From: Lama guanicoe
Taxonomy: Eukaryota
Direction of reading: 5' to 3'
DNA: 64,000 nt
Assembly (NCBI GenBank): GCA_013239625.1
Contig: MU053652.1
Location: 248,001-312,000 of the forward strand
Every line of letters begins with the position of its first letter. The first letter of the stretch is position 1. The translations under genes and the position numbers were made by a program. Below, one piece after another: positions 1 through 14,040 of the stretch. Under the pieces are notes generated by a model. It did no database searches, was not told where the DNA came from, and was given only the letters and a program-made list of their open reading frames with translations.

Positions 1-1110
1 TTGAGAGTCAGGTCACGACTTTAACAGTTCTAGTTTATCCATGATGGTATCTCACTGTGGTGATAATTTGCATTTTTCCTGAGTACGAGGTTGAATGTCT
101 CTTCGCGTGATTATTGGTCATCTAGACATTATCTTTTGGGACTTTTCTATGGATTAGCTATATTTTCCTTAAAAATTTATAGGGGTTCTTTATATATTCT
201 GGACACAGTACTTTGTCAGTTATACTTAATGCAAATATCTTCTCCCTCTGTGTGGTTTTTTCTCTTTAATGCTGCTTTTTGATTAATAGAAGTTCTTAAT
301 TTGAATGTTCCTCAATGTTTGAAATTTTTCCTTTGTAGTTTAATACCTTTTAACTACATTTAAGAAATCTAGCCCCACCCCGAAGTCATCAAAACCTCAT
401 ACATTGTCTTCTAAAAGTATTATTGCTGTGTCTTTCACATTTATACAATCTACCATAAGGTAACTTTTGTGTATGGTGTGAGATCAGGGTTAAGTTTAAA
501 TTTTTCCATATTTCTATGGAATTGATGCAAAATATCATCATTTTCATACTGCTCAGCAGTGACACTCTTTTCATAAGTTAATTTTCCATACGTACATGGG
601 CACGTTTCTGGCCTCTTATTCAGTCTATTAGCCTATTTTTGTGCCAATTTCAGCATTTCCATATAAATATTAAAACCTACTTATAAATCCCCACAAAAAA
701 TTTTATGAGAGTTTGACTGGATTGCACTGAATCTATACATCTATTTGGGAAGAGCTGATATTTGTACAATACTGAGTCTTGGAACTATGAATGCGGTCTC
801 TACCCCTTTACTTATTTAGATCTTTATTTTTTCTAAATAATATGTTTAGCACTTTTCCATGTAGAGATACTATACATCTTTCATTAGATTTATTCTTAAT
901 ATTTGATAGTTTGGAATACTACTCAAAATATAAAGTTTTAAAAATATATTTCAGATTATTGCTATTGAAATGTAATTTATTTTTGTATATTGACATTGTA
1001 TCTAACAGCCTTGACAAATGTACTTATTACCTGCTACCAAATTTATACCAGTCATTTCTTTTTTATTGGTAATACAGTTGACATATAATGTTGTCTACGT
1101 TTAAGGCGTA
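1..1110 (-). mobile_element. Old, decayed LINE-1 fragment(s)
   Basis: Antisense L1 motifs: ggtatctcactgtgg...tttgcatttttcct, tatattctggacac, tttgtgtatggtgtgag, ggattgcactgaatctata. Confidence 0.75.
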
Positions 1111-3719
1111 CAATAGCTGAGAGCCTGAACTCTTTCTGCCCTCATTGTCAAACATTATCTCAAAAATAATAAAACATTCATTTTGTGGTCCATGATATAT
1201 AAAGAAATTCCATATGCATCTGATCCAATACCATCGTAAGGTACTGTTACTAGCGCTACTTTACAGAAGAGAAAATGACATCTCATAGCAGATAAGTGGC
1301 TTTTGTAAGATCACCCAGTAGGCGGCAAGACTGTCACATGAACTCAGAGTTGCTGCATCTCCTCTTGGGTCAAGGAGTCAATTGTTAAATGTGGATAGAA
1401 GCAAGCCTAGACTGAAAATACACACAAACGCACACATAAATACACACTCACCCACCTAGTGAAGACACGTGCATATGTGACTACCCGGGAATAGGACCAG
1501 TTTCCATAAGACACAAAACCAACCCTATTATTTTATAATCATACCCTGACATGCACGTAGTTAGAAAGCACGCACAAGGAAAGAATGGGATCTTAGAACA
1601 GAGGGGTTAGGCTGAAAGGTCGCACATCCGCAGTGAGAGCGAGCTAGTTCTGAGCAGACGGGAGGACGCCGTCCTCAACAGAAGCAGAAAGGGTGCTTCA
1701 GAGAAACAGAACCAAAAAAGCACCGACGATGGGAATTTCTGCTTAGTCCATCATCTCAAATGGCTCTCCTGACAGTTTATAAAGGTAAATAGGAATACAT
1801 CAAATCTACAGTTAAGACGCTAAGAAAGCACAGACGTTCCTGCTTTTCTTCTTTGACAATTCACGATACAGGTTTTCTACAGAGGAAGTTGCAATTCCCT
1901 TTTTTTACCCACCAAAGAGTTCCAAAAACACATGGGAATTTATGCTGGGAAAGTAAAATGAGGAAAAACCACATCTCCTAAGGGCTGCAATGACGGGTAC
2001 ACGAGACAACTTACATGAAGCCCTTTCCAAGTTATAAATGCTGTATAAAGGCTACTTCTGGTCTCCAACGGCACCATAACATCTCATTAAAGCTTCTGTT
2101 GATGATCTCAAAAGAGCTGTTGCTCATTTGCAGCATTATAACAGCTGTTAAGAGGTTAACAACTTATGAAATACCCTAAAATTTGATAAATACTTACAAT
2201 TTCAAAATAGCATTGCATTCATAATCTTTATAAGAAAATGAGGCACTAAAAATAATCTTAGGCAAATTCACTCCATATATATGACAGCAGCAATTTAGCA
2301 TTATCTTTGCACTGATTTTTGATGAGTGTATCTGTTGGTTCTTATGGGATTTGATTTGCTTTTCTGTGAAACCACTCTGTTGCATTATATCTCCACCAGG
2401 ACTGGCAGGTGAAGGTACCAGAACCTCAGGTCGCAAGAGATTTGAGCATTGCTGCCATCACAAATCGGTAACTGCCAACCCTCTAACACAGGACACAGTA
2501 GATTTCCAGACTAGGCTCTAGATGCCCTGGATTATGGGGGCTGAATGCTTTCTCAGGGAGGACTGCAGGTAAGGAGTGACACTGGGCATGTCAAAGTTCG
2601 TGAGACTGTTTGACAGCAGTTGGTCTGTCCACTTGCTCTCCACCCACCACCAAGGTGGCTGCTTGTACTCTCACATTGCCTTTTCATCATACCTTCCCCT
2701 CCAGGTCCTCCATACTGCTCGTTTATTTTATACTGAGATGTTGGAGATGAATTATAGCTGAGAACACGTGTGTGTGTGTGTTGGGGTGTGTGTGTTGGGG
2801 TGTGTGTGTTATCTCTGTTCCTCTGTTCTTGTTCCTGGGTACCTGAGTGCCCTGGACCAGAGAAAAGCTGTCTTTAATTAGACCTGAAAGTTTCCTAACA
2901 GGTACTATTCAGGTTGGTCATGTTTAAACATATCATGAAAACCCACTAACTGGCAGAAGTTACAAATCAAAAGTGTGGATTTCTCATTGGTGTGTCTGAG
3001 GTTGTGTGGCAGGACAGCCTAACAGGGACATGAGCCAGTTCTGGTCATCAGGACACAGACTTATCATTAAAGAAAACAGTTGGCCAAGGATGAGTTCTGG
3101 AGTTAATAACCCGGATAATTCATGTCCTGGAAGATGGAAAAAGAACTGGTATTTGAAAGTCTAAGCTCTAAGAAGCATATAGCCACATCATCCGAGGAGG
3201 ACGGGATATCAAGTACACAGAGAAAGTGGTGGGCTGAGCTGAAGGGGGCTGGGTTTCCCAGGACTGGGAGGACAGAGGCTGATGGGTTCCTCAGGGAGAC
3301 GGAGCACCTAGGGTATGGCAAGATCTCAGGGGTCAGCTCTAGGCAAAGGTACTAGTAGGAGAGGATATGGAGGAAAAAGAGCCACTGGCTCAGAATGAAA
3401 CTCAGGGTTTCAGACAAGGAGCATCTCCACGGTAACCATGATGGTCTGAAACCAGGGGCCCTTCCCTAACTTTCCAGGATGGTGAAAACCTCAGGATTCT
3501 TGAACTTAATCCAAAGAATGGGAGTGACCCCCACTCCTCATGACTGACATTTGATTTCCCACAGGTCCTGGCAGATGGAAACAAGTGCAGATTTGATTTA
3601 TTTTGGACAAATAAACAGGACATTTTCTGCTCTCCAGTCTCATTTTGCAAATTTATATTATTTATCGATGTTTATTTAGAGGGCACCACCCTCTGCTGCT
3701 TCTAAGAAGCCACAGTCTG

Positions 3720-4220
3720 TACCACGTGGCCCTGCCTTTCGACCTGCCACGGGTGACCACAAGAGCAGTCTAATTTGATCCATGTGGGATGGCCTGAAAA
3801 GTCCTGCTGGGCCAACTAGATTGCTTTGCCTCCCGCAATATGAATTAGAGAGAGAGAAGTGGCCAGGAATTGTGGGCACAGAGCCCAAGGGTCATGGAGG
3901 GTCAAGGCTGGCACGCACGCGAATGGGTTCAAATTATGCGGGAGGGAAGCGGAGTGAGTGGAGAAGGCTGGCTGGGAGAGAGAGAGAGAGAGAGGACAAC
4001 AACAGAACATATGGAAAGCAGAGGCAGAGGCAAGAGGAACTTGGGAGGCAGAGAAGCCTCAGCACCGCGCTCTCCGACCCTATGTCCGGTTGCTGTGAGA
4101 GCTGTACGTCCTCCCTGCTCACAATGTACTGTGAAGCCACGCACTGTATTTTTTAATAATGAAACTACCTCTTACTTAAGCTGGCTTTCATGTCTTCTTG
4201 CACCTCAAACACCCCATCCT
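3720..4220 (+). mobile_element. Probable old LTR relic with (GA)n tract
   Basis: Purine-rich core and an LTR-like 3' end (taataatgaaactacctcttacttaagctggctttcatgtcttcttgca). Family not determined. Confidence 0.4.
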
Positions 4221-5000
4221 TAGGACTTACTCAGAGCAGAATGAACAGCTATGCCTGCACACACCACGGCCCTACACTTTTCATCCGAAGTCACCAGTCT
4301 GATTCTTGTGACCACTGCCTACGGTTGTGACTATAGAAGATAACGTGCTTGTTTGCTTAGAACAGGTGAGGCTTAAAGGAAACTACGACCAAGGAGGTGA
4401 GAACCAAATCGCAAGTTCTGTGCCTTCTGTGGCAGCTGCGATGATTTAGGTCCCTTTGTGTCCCAGACCATCACAGGAAAACCATCACGGAGGGGAAAGG
4501 AGCGCGACCTAGTTTGAACTCAGTGCCATCCTGACATCTCTGAGCTAAAGAACAGGATCAGAAATAAGTCATAGGACTAGTTTAAGTGCTGCAAGGTTAT
4601 GAAACATGGGCTCTTTGAGTGGACTCGCTTTGAAGGCTCAGCACAAGAATACTCAAAATTATATCCCAAGAGCAAAGCAAGTTTTCCCTTGATGGACATA
4701 TTTACAGCATTAATTCTGTTGTAGTGCTTTCGACTCTGCTAAGTAGAAGAAATGAGTGTCAGAGTTTTGACTAGGAGCCTGGGGAAAAGGTACTCACAAA
4801 ATCTACACTGAATATTCTATTTTTAGAACCTGAGTCTATTCATAGAGGTGTAGAAGGAGGCAGGGGGAAAACTTGTCTTCGGACAATACCAGTCAGAGAA
4901 CAGTTTTGGCAAAACTTACTAGTCTGAAAATATCAAACCCTCTTTTTGTCTGAACTGTGTAATGCTCAGGTGCCACTTCCCCCCATCTGTCCCTTCTTAC

Positions 5001-5140
5001 CACTGACGTTTTTTTGCCTGAAAGTTTGGCCCATAATTTCACAAAGTAGTTTCTGTCTGTAGAATTCAGGCACTCCCAGTCACTCGAACCTCTAAACTTC
5101 CTAGGAGACTTTTCAGATTTCAGCTGAGGTTGTTTAATAT
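5001..5140 (-). CDS. LRGUK: LRGUK internal coding exon (probably exon 16, canonical C-terminal isoform): (D)IKQPQLKSEKSPRKFRGSSDWECLNSTDRNYFVKLWAKLSGKKTSV
   Basis: 140 bp, phase 1 to 0. Acceptor ttttttttccccctagcAG at 5141-5142, donor GTAAGA at 4995-5000. Matches recalled human STDRNYLIKFWAKLSAKKT. Not present in the ORF track; found by manual translation. Confidence 0.92.
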
Positions 5141-5522
5141 CTGCTAGGGGGAAAAAAAATCAAGTTTAAAATAAAAGGCATAAAACAGGACAAAGCAACG
5201 TTCTGAAGTGAGAGAAATGTTTTATATCTGGATTTGCCCAAACACAACAAAGTATATAGTTAAAGTCTGTGAATTTCAATTTGAAAATAAGATAGCTAAA
5301 AATATGTCTTAGGCTATGATAATAATTATGACTGTAAATTATAAAGTGACCCTGTAGCACCTAGTAGATACGTCCTGAGAGTATACTTAGTGTTTAATCA
5401 ATGTAAGCTTATGAATGGAATTAAAGGAAGTAAAACCTGGCAAAAACAATGGTTTTCAGATACTTAACTGAAAAGTTCCCTTTATAATTACTTTCCATTT
5501 GACAAAATTATCCTAAAAGGCT

Positions 5523-5603
5523 ATAATAATAATAATAATAATAATAACCACAGCAGCAGCAGCAACATAATAATAGCAGCAACAATATAATAATAATAAT
5601 AAA
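5523..5603. repeat. Compound (AAT)n/(CAG)n microsatellite
   Basis: ataataat...cagcagcagcagcaac...aataataat. Confidence 0.9.
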
Positions 5604-7585
5604 ACATGCAATGCTAAGAAACTAAAAAAGAGTGGAATGGATGATGAGGTCACTATTTAACAGTATTCATAAATAATGTCTAATGTTTCCTTTAAAACAT
5701 TAGAACATCCAGACACTTACAATATAAAGAGTCCAAGTTTCTATTACTGCACACGTATAGGGGGCCCAGGTGTAAATACCTTTGGATATATAGGAACATC
5801 AACACTTTCAGTATCACTCTAAAAATGCCAAAATAAATAAATTCCACATGGACTACTAGCCAATATGGCCGACTGAGCAGACTGGGGGAAGCTATCTCCA
5901 GCCAAGACAAAATAAACACTGGATAATATATTACAGAAGTTTGTTTTTGATACACAGCAAAATTGAAACCAAGAAAGAAAAATTTCCAGGTGCTAGAAGT
6001 GAAGTGAAGATTCCACGTAGGAGGAGTTGGGAATTGAAGCCAAGAGGCAGAGTGTTTTGGGGGCTAAGGTTTCTGGGCTAAGAGGGGAGACCAGTCCCTG
6101 TGTGCTTCATGTACAAGACCCGAGAAGTTGGAAAGGAAGTGTCCAGAAATCTCAGCCCATGGACCTCAGGACTTAGCCTGGGCACAGTCTCACCTGGACT
6201 GAGGGTAGGAACACCTGTGGGAAATCAGACTTCTAATCCTGTGCCGTGTTGCTGGTATGGAATCTGAAATTGAACTCCCACCAAATTGTGTGGCAATCCC
6301 GAGCCAATAAAAACAAGGTAAAAAGTGTTTCAGACAAATACAACTATTTAACCATGGCACGGAAGTCAGAAGCTCCACAACCCAGCATCTGTCTTGAGAG
6401 AGGGGAAGAAACTCAGAAGACGCAACAAATGGGCAAATCCACAGCCAAGGTCCCAAGGTGATAGAGCATTCTGGAAAGGAACACTGTAGTAACTATATTT
6501 ATAACAATCACAGACATGATAGGAGACAACTGTTATCATTATGGAAACATTCTCTGTTAAATCCCTGTGATGGAAAAGCCATTCAACTCATATTCGTTGA
6601 GCATATGCTATGTGCCTGCCAGACAGTGCTCTGGACGTTGGGGATATGGCAGTCAATAAAAAGTCCTTGACCCATGGGACTTGACATTCTACTGTTGGAG
6701 ACAGACAGATAACACGTCAGATAATGTCAGGTAGGAATAAGTGCATTGAAGGACCAGGAAGCCAGATAAGGAGACAGACTGAGATGGTCAAAGAAAAACC
6801 TCTCTAACGTGGTGACATCTGGACAGTGATCTCAAGTCATAAAGAAGGAAGGCATCAAACATCTGGGGTGAAAGCATTTCAGGCAAAGAGAGTGGCTTTA
6901 CATAAGGACCCAGAAGCGTGCTTAACACAACTGAGTTACAGTAAAGAATTCAGCACGTCTGAAGCACAGGAGAAAAAAGGAGATGGTGGGGCTGGATTCT
7001 GTGCTCATTAAAAAACAAACAAGCAAACAAATGGAAAACCGGAACTCTTGTCCTCTTGATGGGACTCTAAGAACAGAGCATTGTGAAAAAGGCCAGTTGA
7101 ATTTGGAAGAAGTTAGGATAAAATGTAAAGAAATAGAAAGCATATTTATATAATTTCCATAGAAAGGATGCTTTATATATAAAAGCTTTTTTAAAATACA
7201 GTATCTGTGTCAGGGTTCCTTCTTCTAGCTCTCTCAGACATATGCTATTTGTACTACAATAGAGACAAATCAAGTTCTATCTGATGATACAATGCAGCTA
7301 TAATTCAACATGTAATGTCCTAATGGCTTCTCAGCAACAAAACATTTTGGGTAAAGATAATGTGTTTAGATTACTATTAAATTACATTATAATGCCACCA
7401 CTTCAGTGACTTGGACTCCTATAATAAAGAGTTACATATAGTTCTTAATATAATTTCTAATGTCTTAATACATTAATGGATAAGAGATTCTATTTCTCAA
7501 TTAAAAAAAAGAAAATATAATTACCAACATCATAATGCAACAAAGTTTCTTAAAGTGATCTTATTCAAAGTATCTCAATTAAAGT

Positions 7586-7697
7586 CAACCTTGAGGCAAC
7601 GTTAAAAAGAAAAAATATATATATATATAAGTTACTGTCCAACCTTGAGGCAATGTTAAAAAATATATATATATATATACATATATAAGTTACTGTC
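7586..7697. repeat. Two-copy tandem repeat (about 54 + 58 bp) containing A and (TA)n tracts
   Basis: caaccttgaggcaaYgttaaaaa...(ta)n...taagttactgtc occurs at 7586-7639 and 7640-7697. Confidence 0.88.
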
Positions 7698-8096
7698 CAG
7701 TCCATAAAAATTACCAAGTTCCTCAGTGTATAGGCTAGTTAAATTAAACACCTACAATGAGGCATACATGAATCTAACGAGGTATGACAGACTTTTAAGT
7801 TATTTTATGGGTTGGTATCATTATCAAAGGCAGGAAAATATAAATGAAATATGTGGAACAACTGGAACTACATCTCAAATTAATTCAAAATAACTTAGAC
7901 CTTTTATTTAGACTTATATCTCTTGGCAGTCAAGTGAATTAAAATAATAAAATAACATTTTAAAACATTTTAAAAGAATAGGCATACAACCCAACCGAAA
8001 TAACAAATGTAGTAGAAGCCACAAATCTAAGATAAAACATTTGTATGTGTATTTCCTAACGTATCATCGCACAGACTAAATAGGTTCTTTTACTGC

Positions 8097-8103
8097 AAAA
8101 AAC

Positions 8104-8135
<32 letters not shown>

Positions 8136-8150
8136 AAAAAAAAAAAAAAA
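8097..8150. repeat. About 54-nt poly(A) tract with two interruptions
   Basis: Read directly from the sequence. Confidence 0.95.
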
Positions 8151-10903
8151 GGAGGAAAGAAAAGATGTTGATCTGATATTACAGGCACAAAGCCATTTCA
8201 ATAACTGGTAATAAAATTAGAATTTGAATCAGATTGTGAATATTTTCAAAGGCAAAAGATCCCTACTTTCATAACCAATTTTTCTATAGCAGTAAGATTA
8301 CTTGCATAGCAAAGCAACGAAGGCATTCTCCTGTCCAAAAACACAAGACTGAACACTTTAAAGTATACATTTTTGACATTTAAATAAAACCTTGCCAAAA
8401 AAAAAAAATAAATCAACACTAGTCTGTCTCTCTTTGAAAACACTTAGAAATGTATGACTTGGAAACAGGCTTTAATTTTCAGACAATAGTTCTCAGCCAG
8501 AATCATTCATTTTTCCTTCCCACTCAAATGGGACTTTAAAAAAAACACATGTTTATTTAGGTAATAGTGAGTTTTTTGAAACTAACAAGAGTAATTTATA
8601 CCTACCATGATTAAATACATATATATACATAAAATATAAATAGCTATAAAAATCCCTGTAAAAGTGTTTCAATACCAAAATATGTAACCATAAAAAGGGC
8701 TGAAAACAATAATCGGCACAATTTAAAATATTTATTTACTTTTAATAGGATAGTTACATAATTCATAGCGGAAAATTAAGGGAAATATTCAGTTCATTAA
8801 GGAAGTTACTATCACAAAACTGAAGGTGCTGAAAGAAGCCATTTTCCCAGGACAGAATTAAATCTTAAAAGTCTTGTCTCTCTGTGCTTCTGAGAAAGGA
8901 ATAATAGCAACTAGAAAAATAATCATTTCACATAATGTCCATAATCATTTTCCACAGCAAAATAGCTTTTGTAGTAGAAAGCTACCATATGAGTCCAAAA
9001 AAATACAGTAATAATGTTCATGTTATATACATGGTAAAATGAACACACGAAACCATTCTAACAGTAAAGCGCTATATTCTTGAGTGTCCAATCAAAGGAA
9101 TAATCAGGCATTTAAGCAGAGAACAGATGCAGGACAAAGGAAAGCACGTGAGTGCGTCTTTCCACTCACAGAGAATGAGGTACAAAATAAATGCTTCTCT
9201 CTGTTGAACTTCATACTTTGAAATGTCTTCAGTAGAGCCAAACTAATGGGTTCAATACTGGAATACCCTATCCAGGGTGTCCCAGAAAAAACATAATAAC
9301 AATAGTACCCTGAATCTCAAGAGTGTTCTTTTAATGGATGACTTTATCATGAAGAAGTGAACTGACACTTTGAAGGAGACAGGACATAAGACAGGTAGAT
9401 TTCAAGAGTGGAAACTTGATGCATAAGATCTGGATGTGTACAGAATCAGGGAAAGGCAGAGGAGAAAAGGGAAGCTAAGACTGGCAGGAAATCAGACAGA
9501 CACCTGCAGGGAGCTTGAACACACACTAAAGGTTTCCTCTCCTTTGAGCAATATAGGTTTGATACTAAATTTCTGATGTGATTTTGACCCAACCCTATAC
9601 CCCCACCTCCGGGAAGTGTGGTCTTTGCTCAAGGGCTCATCCTTCAAGAACAACATTTTCAAAGATGTTGTTTCATTGGTCACTTCTCAAGCAAAGACAT
9701 CTTTTGTCTTTCTTTTGCTATCTTTGCCCTTGGAAACCAAGGGTCTTTAGATCTGGTAGCTTGTAGAAGCCAATGTTTGTTTCAAACCACCGTAAAAGAA
9801 AACAAAATCCCCACTTATCTGGTATTTTATTCCTGAATCAGGTAGCTTGTTGGCATTTACCACTTAATCAATCTGAAACACAGATTGATTTTATGTCTTT
9901 GATATTATCAATGACAAAAAATAGCAAAAATTATAAATAACATTTATTGAGTAGGTACTATGTTCCAGGTGTTATTACAGTCTTTTCTGTGTGTATCATG
10001 AGTCAGTTTCATAAAAACCTCAGAGCTGATGTCTCCCCACTTCGTTCTCCAAGATACAAGCCTACCTGTGAATGTGCATGAAAAACACTCAGTCTCAGAA
10101 ATGTTTTGCTGAACTACAATTTCTTTCCAATATTATTCTAATTCTGTTTAAGCCCCTTAATTCAATTAAGGTTGTCAAAGTTTTTAAAAAGGATTTTCAG
10201 AGAAGACCATGCCATTTGCCAAATATTTTACCTACTCTGAACAGTGTTGTTCTATTCCAATTAAGGATAAAATGTTATTTAAAAAAATTTTTTTTCTGCT
10301 TACAGGTTAAAGCTAACAGACACTCATATAAGCACTTACAGTGTGTCAGACTTTGTTCTGGGTGTTTTTCAATAAATTGAACTCATTTAATCCTAACAAT
10401 AATCTTGAGATAGATACTATCAATTATCTCAATTTTATACATGGGAATTTTGTAACTTGCCCAAGGTCACACAGCTAGAGCCAGAATTTCCAATGATAAT
10501 TTTGACTTTTAGTGTTATCTGAAATCATAAATTTCTAAGGTTACAAACTTTTAAAAAAGATCTCCAGCTTTTGCTAATCATGACTGTTTTCTCATGATCA
10601 CCTTTGAGAACAAAGATCTGGTGGTCTAACTTTATCATCAACACAAAGAAACAGTCTCTTCTTATGGTCTTCTCTGAATGCCTGGTCAATAAAGAAAAGT
10701 GATTTCTAGAACGATGTTTTTCAAACTGAACTAAGCAATTAATCAAATTCACTTATGCACATACTGTGCTAGACACTTTAGAAATGGTACAATTATCTGA
10801 AGTGGAATTTGGAGGAACTTTTATAGTAAAAAGGTGATTTTCAGTGCTGTTATGGAGCAAGAGGAAATGCAACCAGCTAAGTGGTTAAAATACTATAGAT
10901 CAG

Positions 10904-11310
10904 GATTATTTTGAGACTGATTTTTTTTTTTTTGCTTTACATAAGAACTTACTACTATGCATAAACATTTCCGATACATCTTTTCTGGAGCCCTAACACT
11001 AACAAAGAACATAACTGCCAATACCCTGGGTCCTTCTACTGTCCCGGAAAACAATTCAGCATCAATCATGCCAACGTATTCCACCTCACTTGAAGGCAAG
11101 CAGAGCAGATTATTTTGAGACTGATTTTTTTTTTTTGCTTTACATAAGAACTTACTACTATGCATAAACATTTCCGATACATCTTTTCTGGAGCCCTAAC
11201 ACTAACAAAGAACATAACTGCCAATACCCTGGGTCCTTCTACTGTCCCGGAAAACAATTCAGCATCAATCATGCCAACGTATTCCACCTCACTTGAAGGC
11301 AAGCAGAGCA
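10904..11310. repeat. Head-to-tail tandem duplication, 204 bp + 203 bp
   Basis: 10904-11107 and 11108-11310 read identical except T13 versus T12 in one homopolymer. ORF-track peptides 10893..11171 and 11066..11350 repeat the same sequence. Confidence 0.95.
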
Positions 11311-13299
11311 GGGAAGCATCTGGACAGTTGGCCTCTAAGAACAGCACCACAACAAAGCTCCAGAGCGCTCAGGACTGGGTTTTTCAAACTGCAGACTAAA
11401 CTGCAAAATCACTTTAGTAGGTCATGAGCAGCTTGGAAAAGTAAGATTGAATAAAATAGAAAGTATCAGGGTTTACCACCACAGTAAAGGTATTTCATTG
11501 TACTTTTGTTTCCTATGTGTCTGTGTGTAGGTGGGTCATGATATTGTGAGATGTATTTTTAGTTATGGGTTTTGGACTAGAAAGTTCGAAAGCCACTGAT
11601 CTAACAAGGACTAGCTGTGTGCAATTTTCTAGCACTAAGCTCTGTATTTAATAAAATAGCCTGCTGGGTTCTTCAGAGCCAGCAAGTAGAGCCAGTTGTA
11701 GTGAACAGATCATAGATTATAAGAGGAACCTTGTATTTCAGCCGGTCCAACTAGTCACCCAACGTAAGGAGACTTTCTGGAAGATTCCTGTCATAGAGCG
11801 TCGAAGTTCTGGAGAAAGCCTGCTGGTTCCCCTGTACATGATTCTGACTCTTAGAAAGTCCTCATTATGCCAAAAAAGAAACAGAACATGAGGTTGCTGC
11901 TTTCATAGGACAGCTTTTTATGTGTGGGACTTTAGTTCTATATAACTTTTTCCGAATAAACACAGGTTCATTGTAGAAAATTTACAAAACACTAAAAGGC
12001 ATAAATGAGAAAATTAAAATTATCCATAATCTAACCACTCAGAGCTCACAACTGGAACCACACTAGCCACACCTCCTTAACCTGCTTTCTTAATAAGTAA
12101 CAAACATTTTCTTTCTCTATGCATTCTTCTACAACATGATTACAATGGCAACATAGAGCTGTATCAAAACTTCCTTCCCATAACTCATTTTTAAAATCCC
12201 ATTTGATGGCTAGATTATTTTCAGATTTTATTATAAGACAGTAATACGAACATCCTTGTACTTAAATTACTTCCTCATGCTAATTCTTAGATTAGAATTG
12301 CTAGGTTAAAAATATGCAACATTGTAAGGCTTTGACAGATACTGTGAAACTGTCCCCAGAAAAGTTGTGCTGTCTCCACGATACAGAAAGTTCATTTACT
12401 CTTTACCTCACCAAGAACAGCCATTAATTTGTTTTCCATCTTTGCCATTTTGGTACCCAAAAAAGTCTATTCTGTTTTGACTTACAGTGATAGTGAAGGT
12501 TTAATACTTTTCAACATATTTTCTGGCCATTTTAATTTCTTCTTTTGTAAATTACCCAATCATATACCCTTTGTCCAATTATCTTTTGAGGTTTGAAAAT
12601 AATTGATTTAGCTCTTTAAATATCTGAAGAGGGCTCTTGTGCACAGGGGAACAATTATCTCTGTTGATTTGAATACTATGTGCCAGATTTCTTTTAAAAA
12701 GCTGAAGATTATATTAGCTAACAGAATGACTGAAGTCCACAAAGTTCTTTTTCTCCCCCATTGAGAGCATTTTGCTGAGGAACACAGCAAATGAAAGTGG
12801 TATCAACTTTGCTTGTAAAGATAGATGGAAAATGGCAATTTAAAAATATTTATGTTCTACAATTAAAAGGCAGGAGTTTCCCTTCTACCAAAAAAATCAG
12901 TAATAGTAAAAACCTCTTACCAGCGAGGAGTTGGTAGTCTTTTCTACTCCTTTCCTTGAAACACAAAGGGTTGTCTAGCTGCACTGAACTGGAGACATCT
13001 GCACAACCAAAACACAGACACAAACGCAGAGCTGGCACCATCACGGGCCCCCGGGAAGGGCGCTAAGGCTTCTTCCAAGTCAAATGAAGGGAAATCTGGC
13101 ATCTCACTTTGCATTAGGACCCTGATGAAAATGCAACCCCAGATGCCCTAAGACACCTCAGAAACAGCTGCCCAAGGAGGAGACCAAGTACATTTCTAAA
13201 GTTCTTCACCTCAGTGAGGTATTGGTGCCTCTGAAATGCCCCGTGCACGGGTCATAAAGACTGGGTGGTTATCCAGATCATACTCCTCTCTTGCACAAT

Positions 13300-14040
13300 C
13301 TGCTCTGTCCCCACATCCAGTCCAAATACCTTGCATCTGCCCATTCCTGCTACGACGCCTTATTCAGGCCCTTACCTTTCTGTCAGGACTACTGCCATGG
13401 TTCTCAGCCATTCTTCCTGCCATCTGTATTGCTCTCCTTAAATTAAAGTGATCCTCCATGCCAACTCTGAGACGGGTGCCTCTTAGATAAAAAAACTAAC
13501 CATTCCATGGCTCCCCGTGGTTAGACGGTCAAGTTTCCAAGCTCCTTAACATAGCACAAAGTGCCCTTTGGCTCTACATGCACCTACTCCTGACAGCTGA
13601 GTGCTCAGAAGATGCTACGCCTGCTCTTGCCTCCATGCTTAGGCACACGCTGTGCCCTCTCCTAAGGGACCTTGCCCTCTCTCCCATCTGTCTGCTGACT
13701 ACTTCGCAACCTTGATGGCTTAGCTGAAGGATGAGCTCCTCTTGGAAGTGGTTTCTGACCCAATTCTCACATCCCAGGCTGAACTCAGTGTCCTTCCTTA
13801 GTTTTCTTATGACATTTTGGAAAAGTTAAGAATTGGGTTTTCTTGTCTATTTGATGCTAAACCTATCCTAGCTCACTGTGGGGCCTCCAGTTGCCCTAAT
13901 CACATGGTATTATAATGAACCCTCTTATCTCCTTGATGAGAGAGAGAGCTTCTTTAAGTGTCCTCATCAGCTCACTATATGTAGCCACCATCATGGTGTC
14001 TGGTGTATAAGAAGTGCCCGATCAATCCTGTTGGAGGACT
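13300..14040 (+). mobile_element. L2 LINE relic
   Basis: Pyrimidine-rich L2-like 3' region. Similar relics at about 6580-6960 (reverse), 31960-32520, 34560-35010 and 57820-58400. Boundaries are approximate. Confidence 0.5.

Noticed and set aside
2194..2436. 80-aa minus-strand ORF as a further LRGUK exon
   Set aside because: It has no resemblance to the expected next LRGUK sequence (ERDSIHRQHEAARQAL as recalled) and no convincing phase-0 acceptor/donor pair.
8097..8150. Poly(A) tract as the tail of a processed pseudogene
   Set aside because: I see no recognisable SINE, L1 or mRNA body upstream and no TSD.
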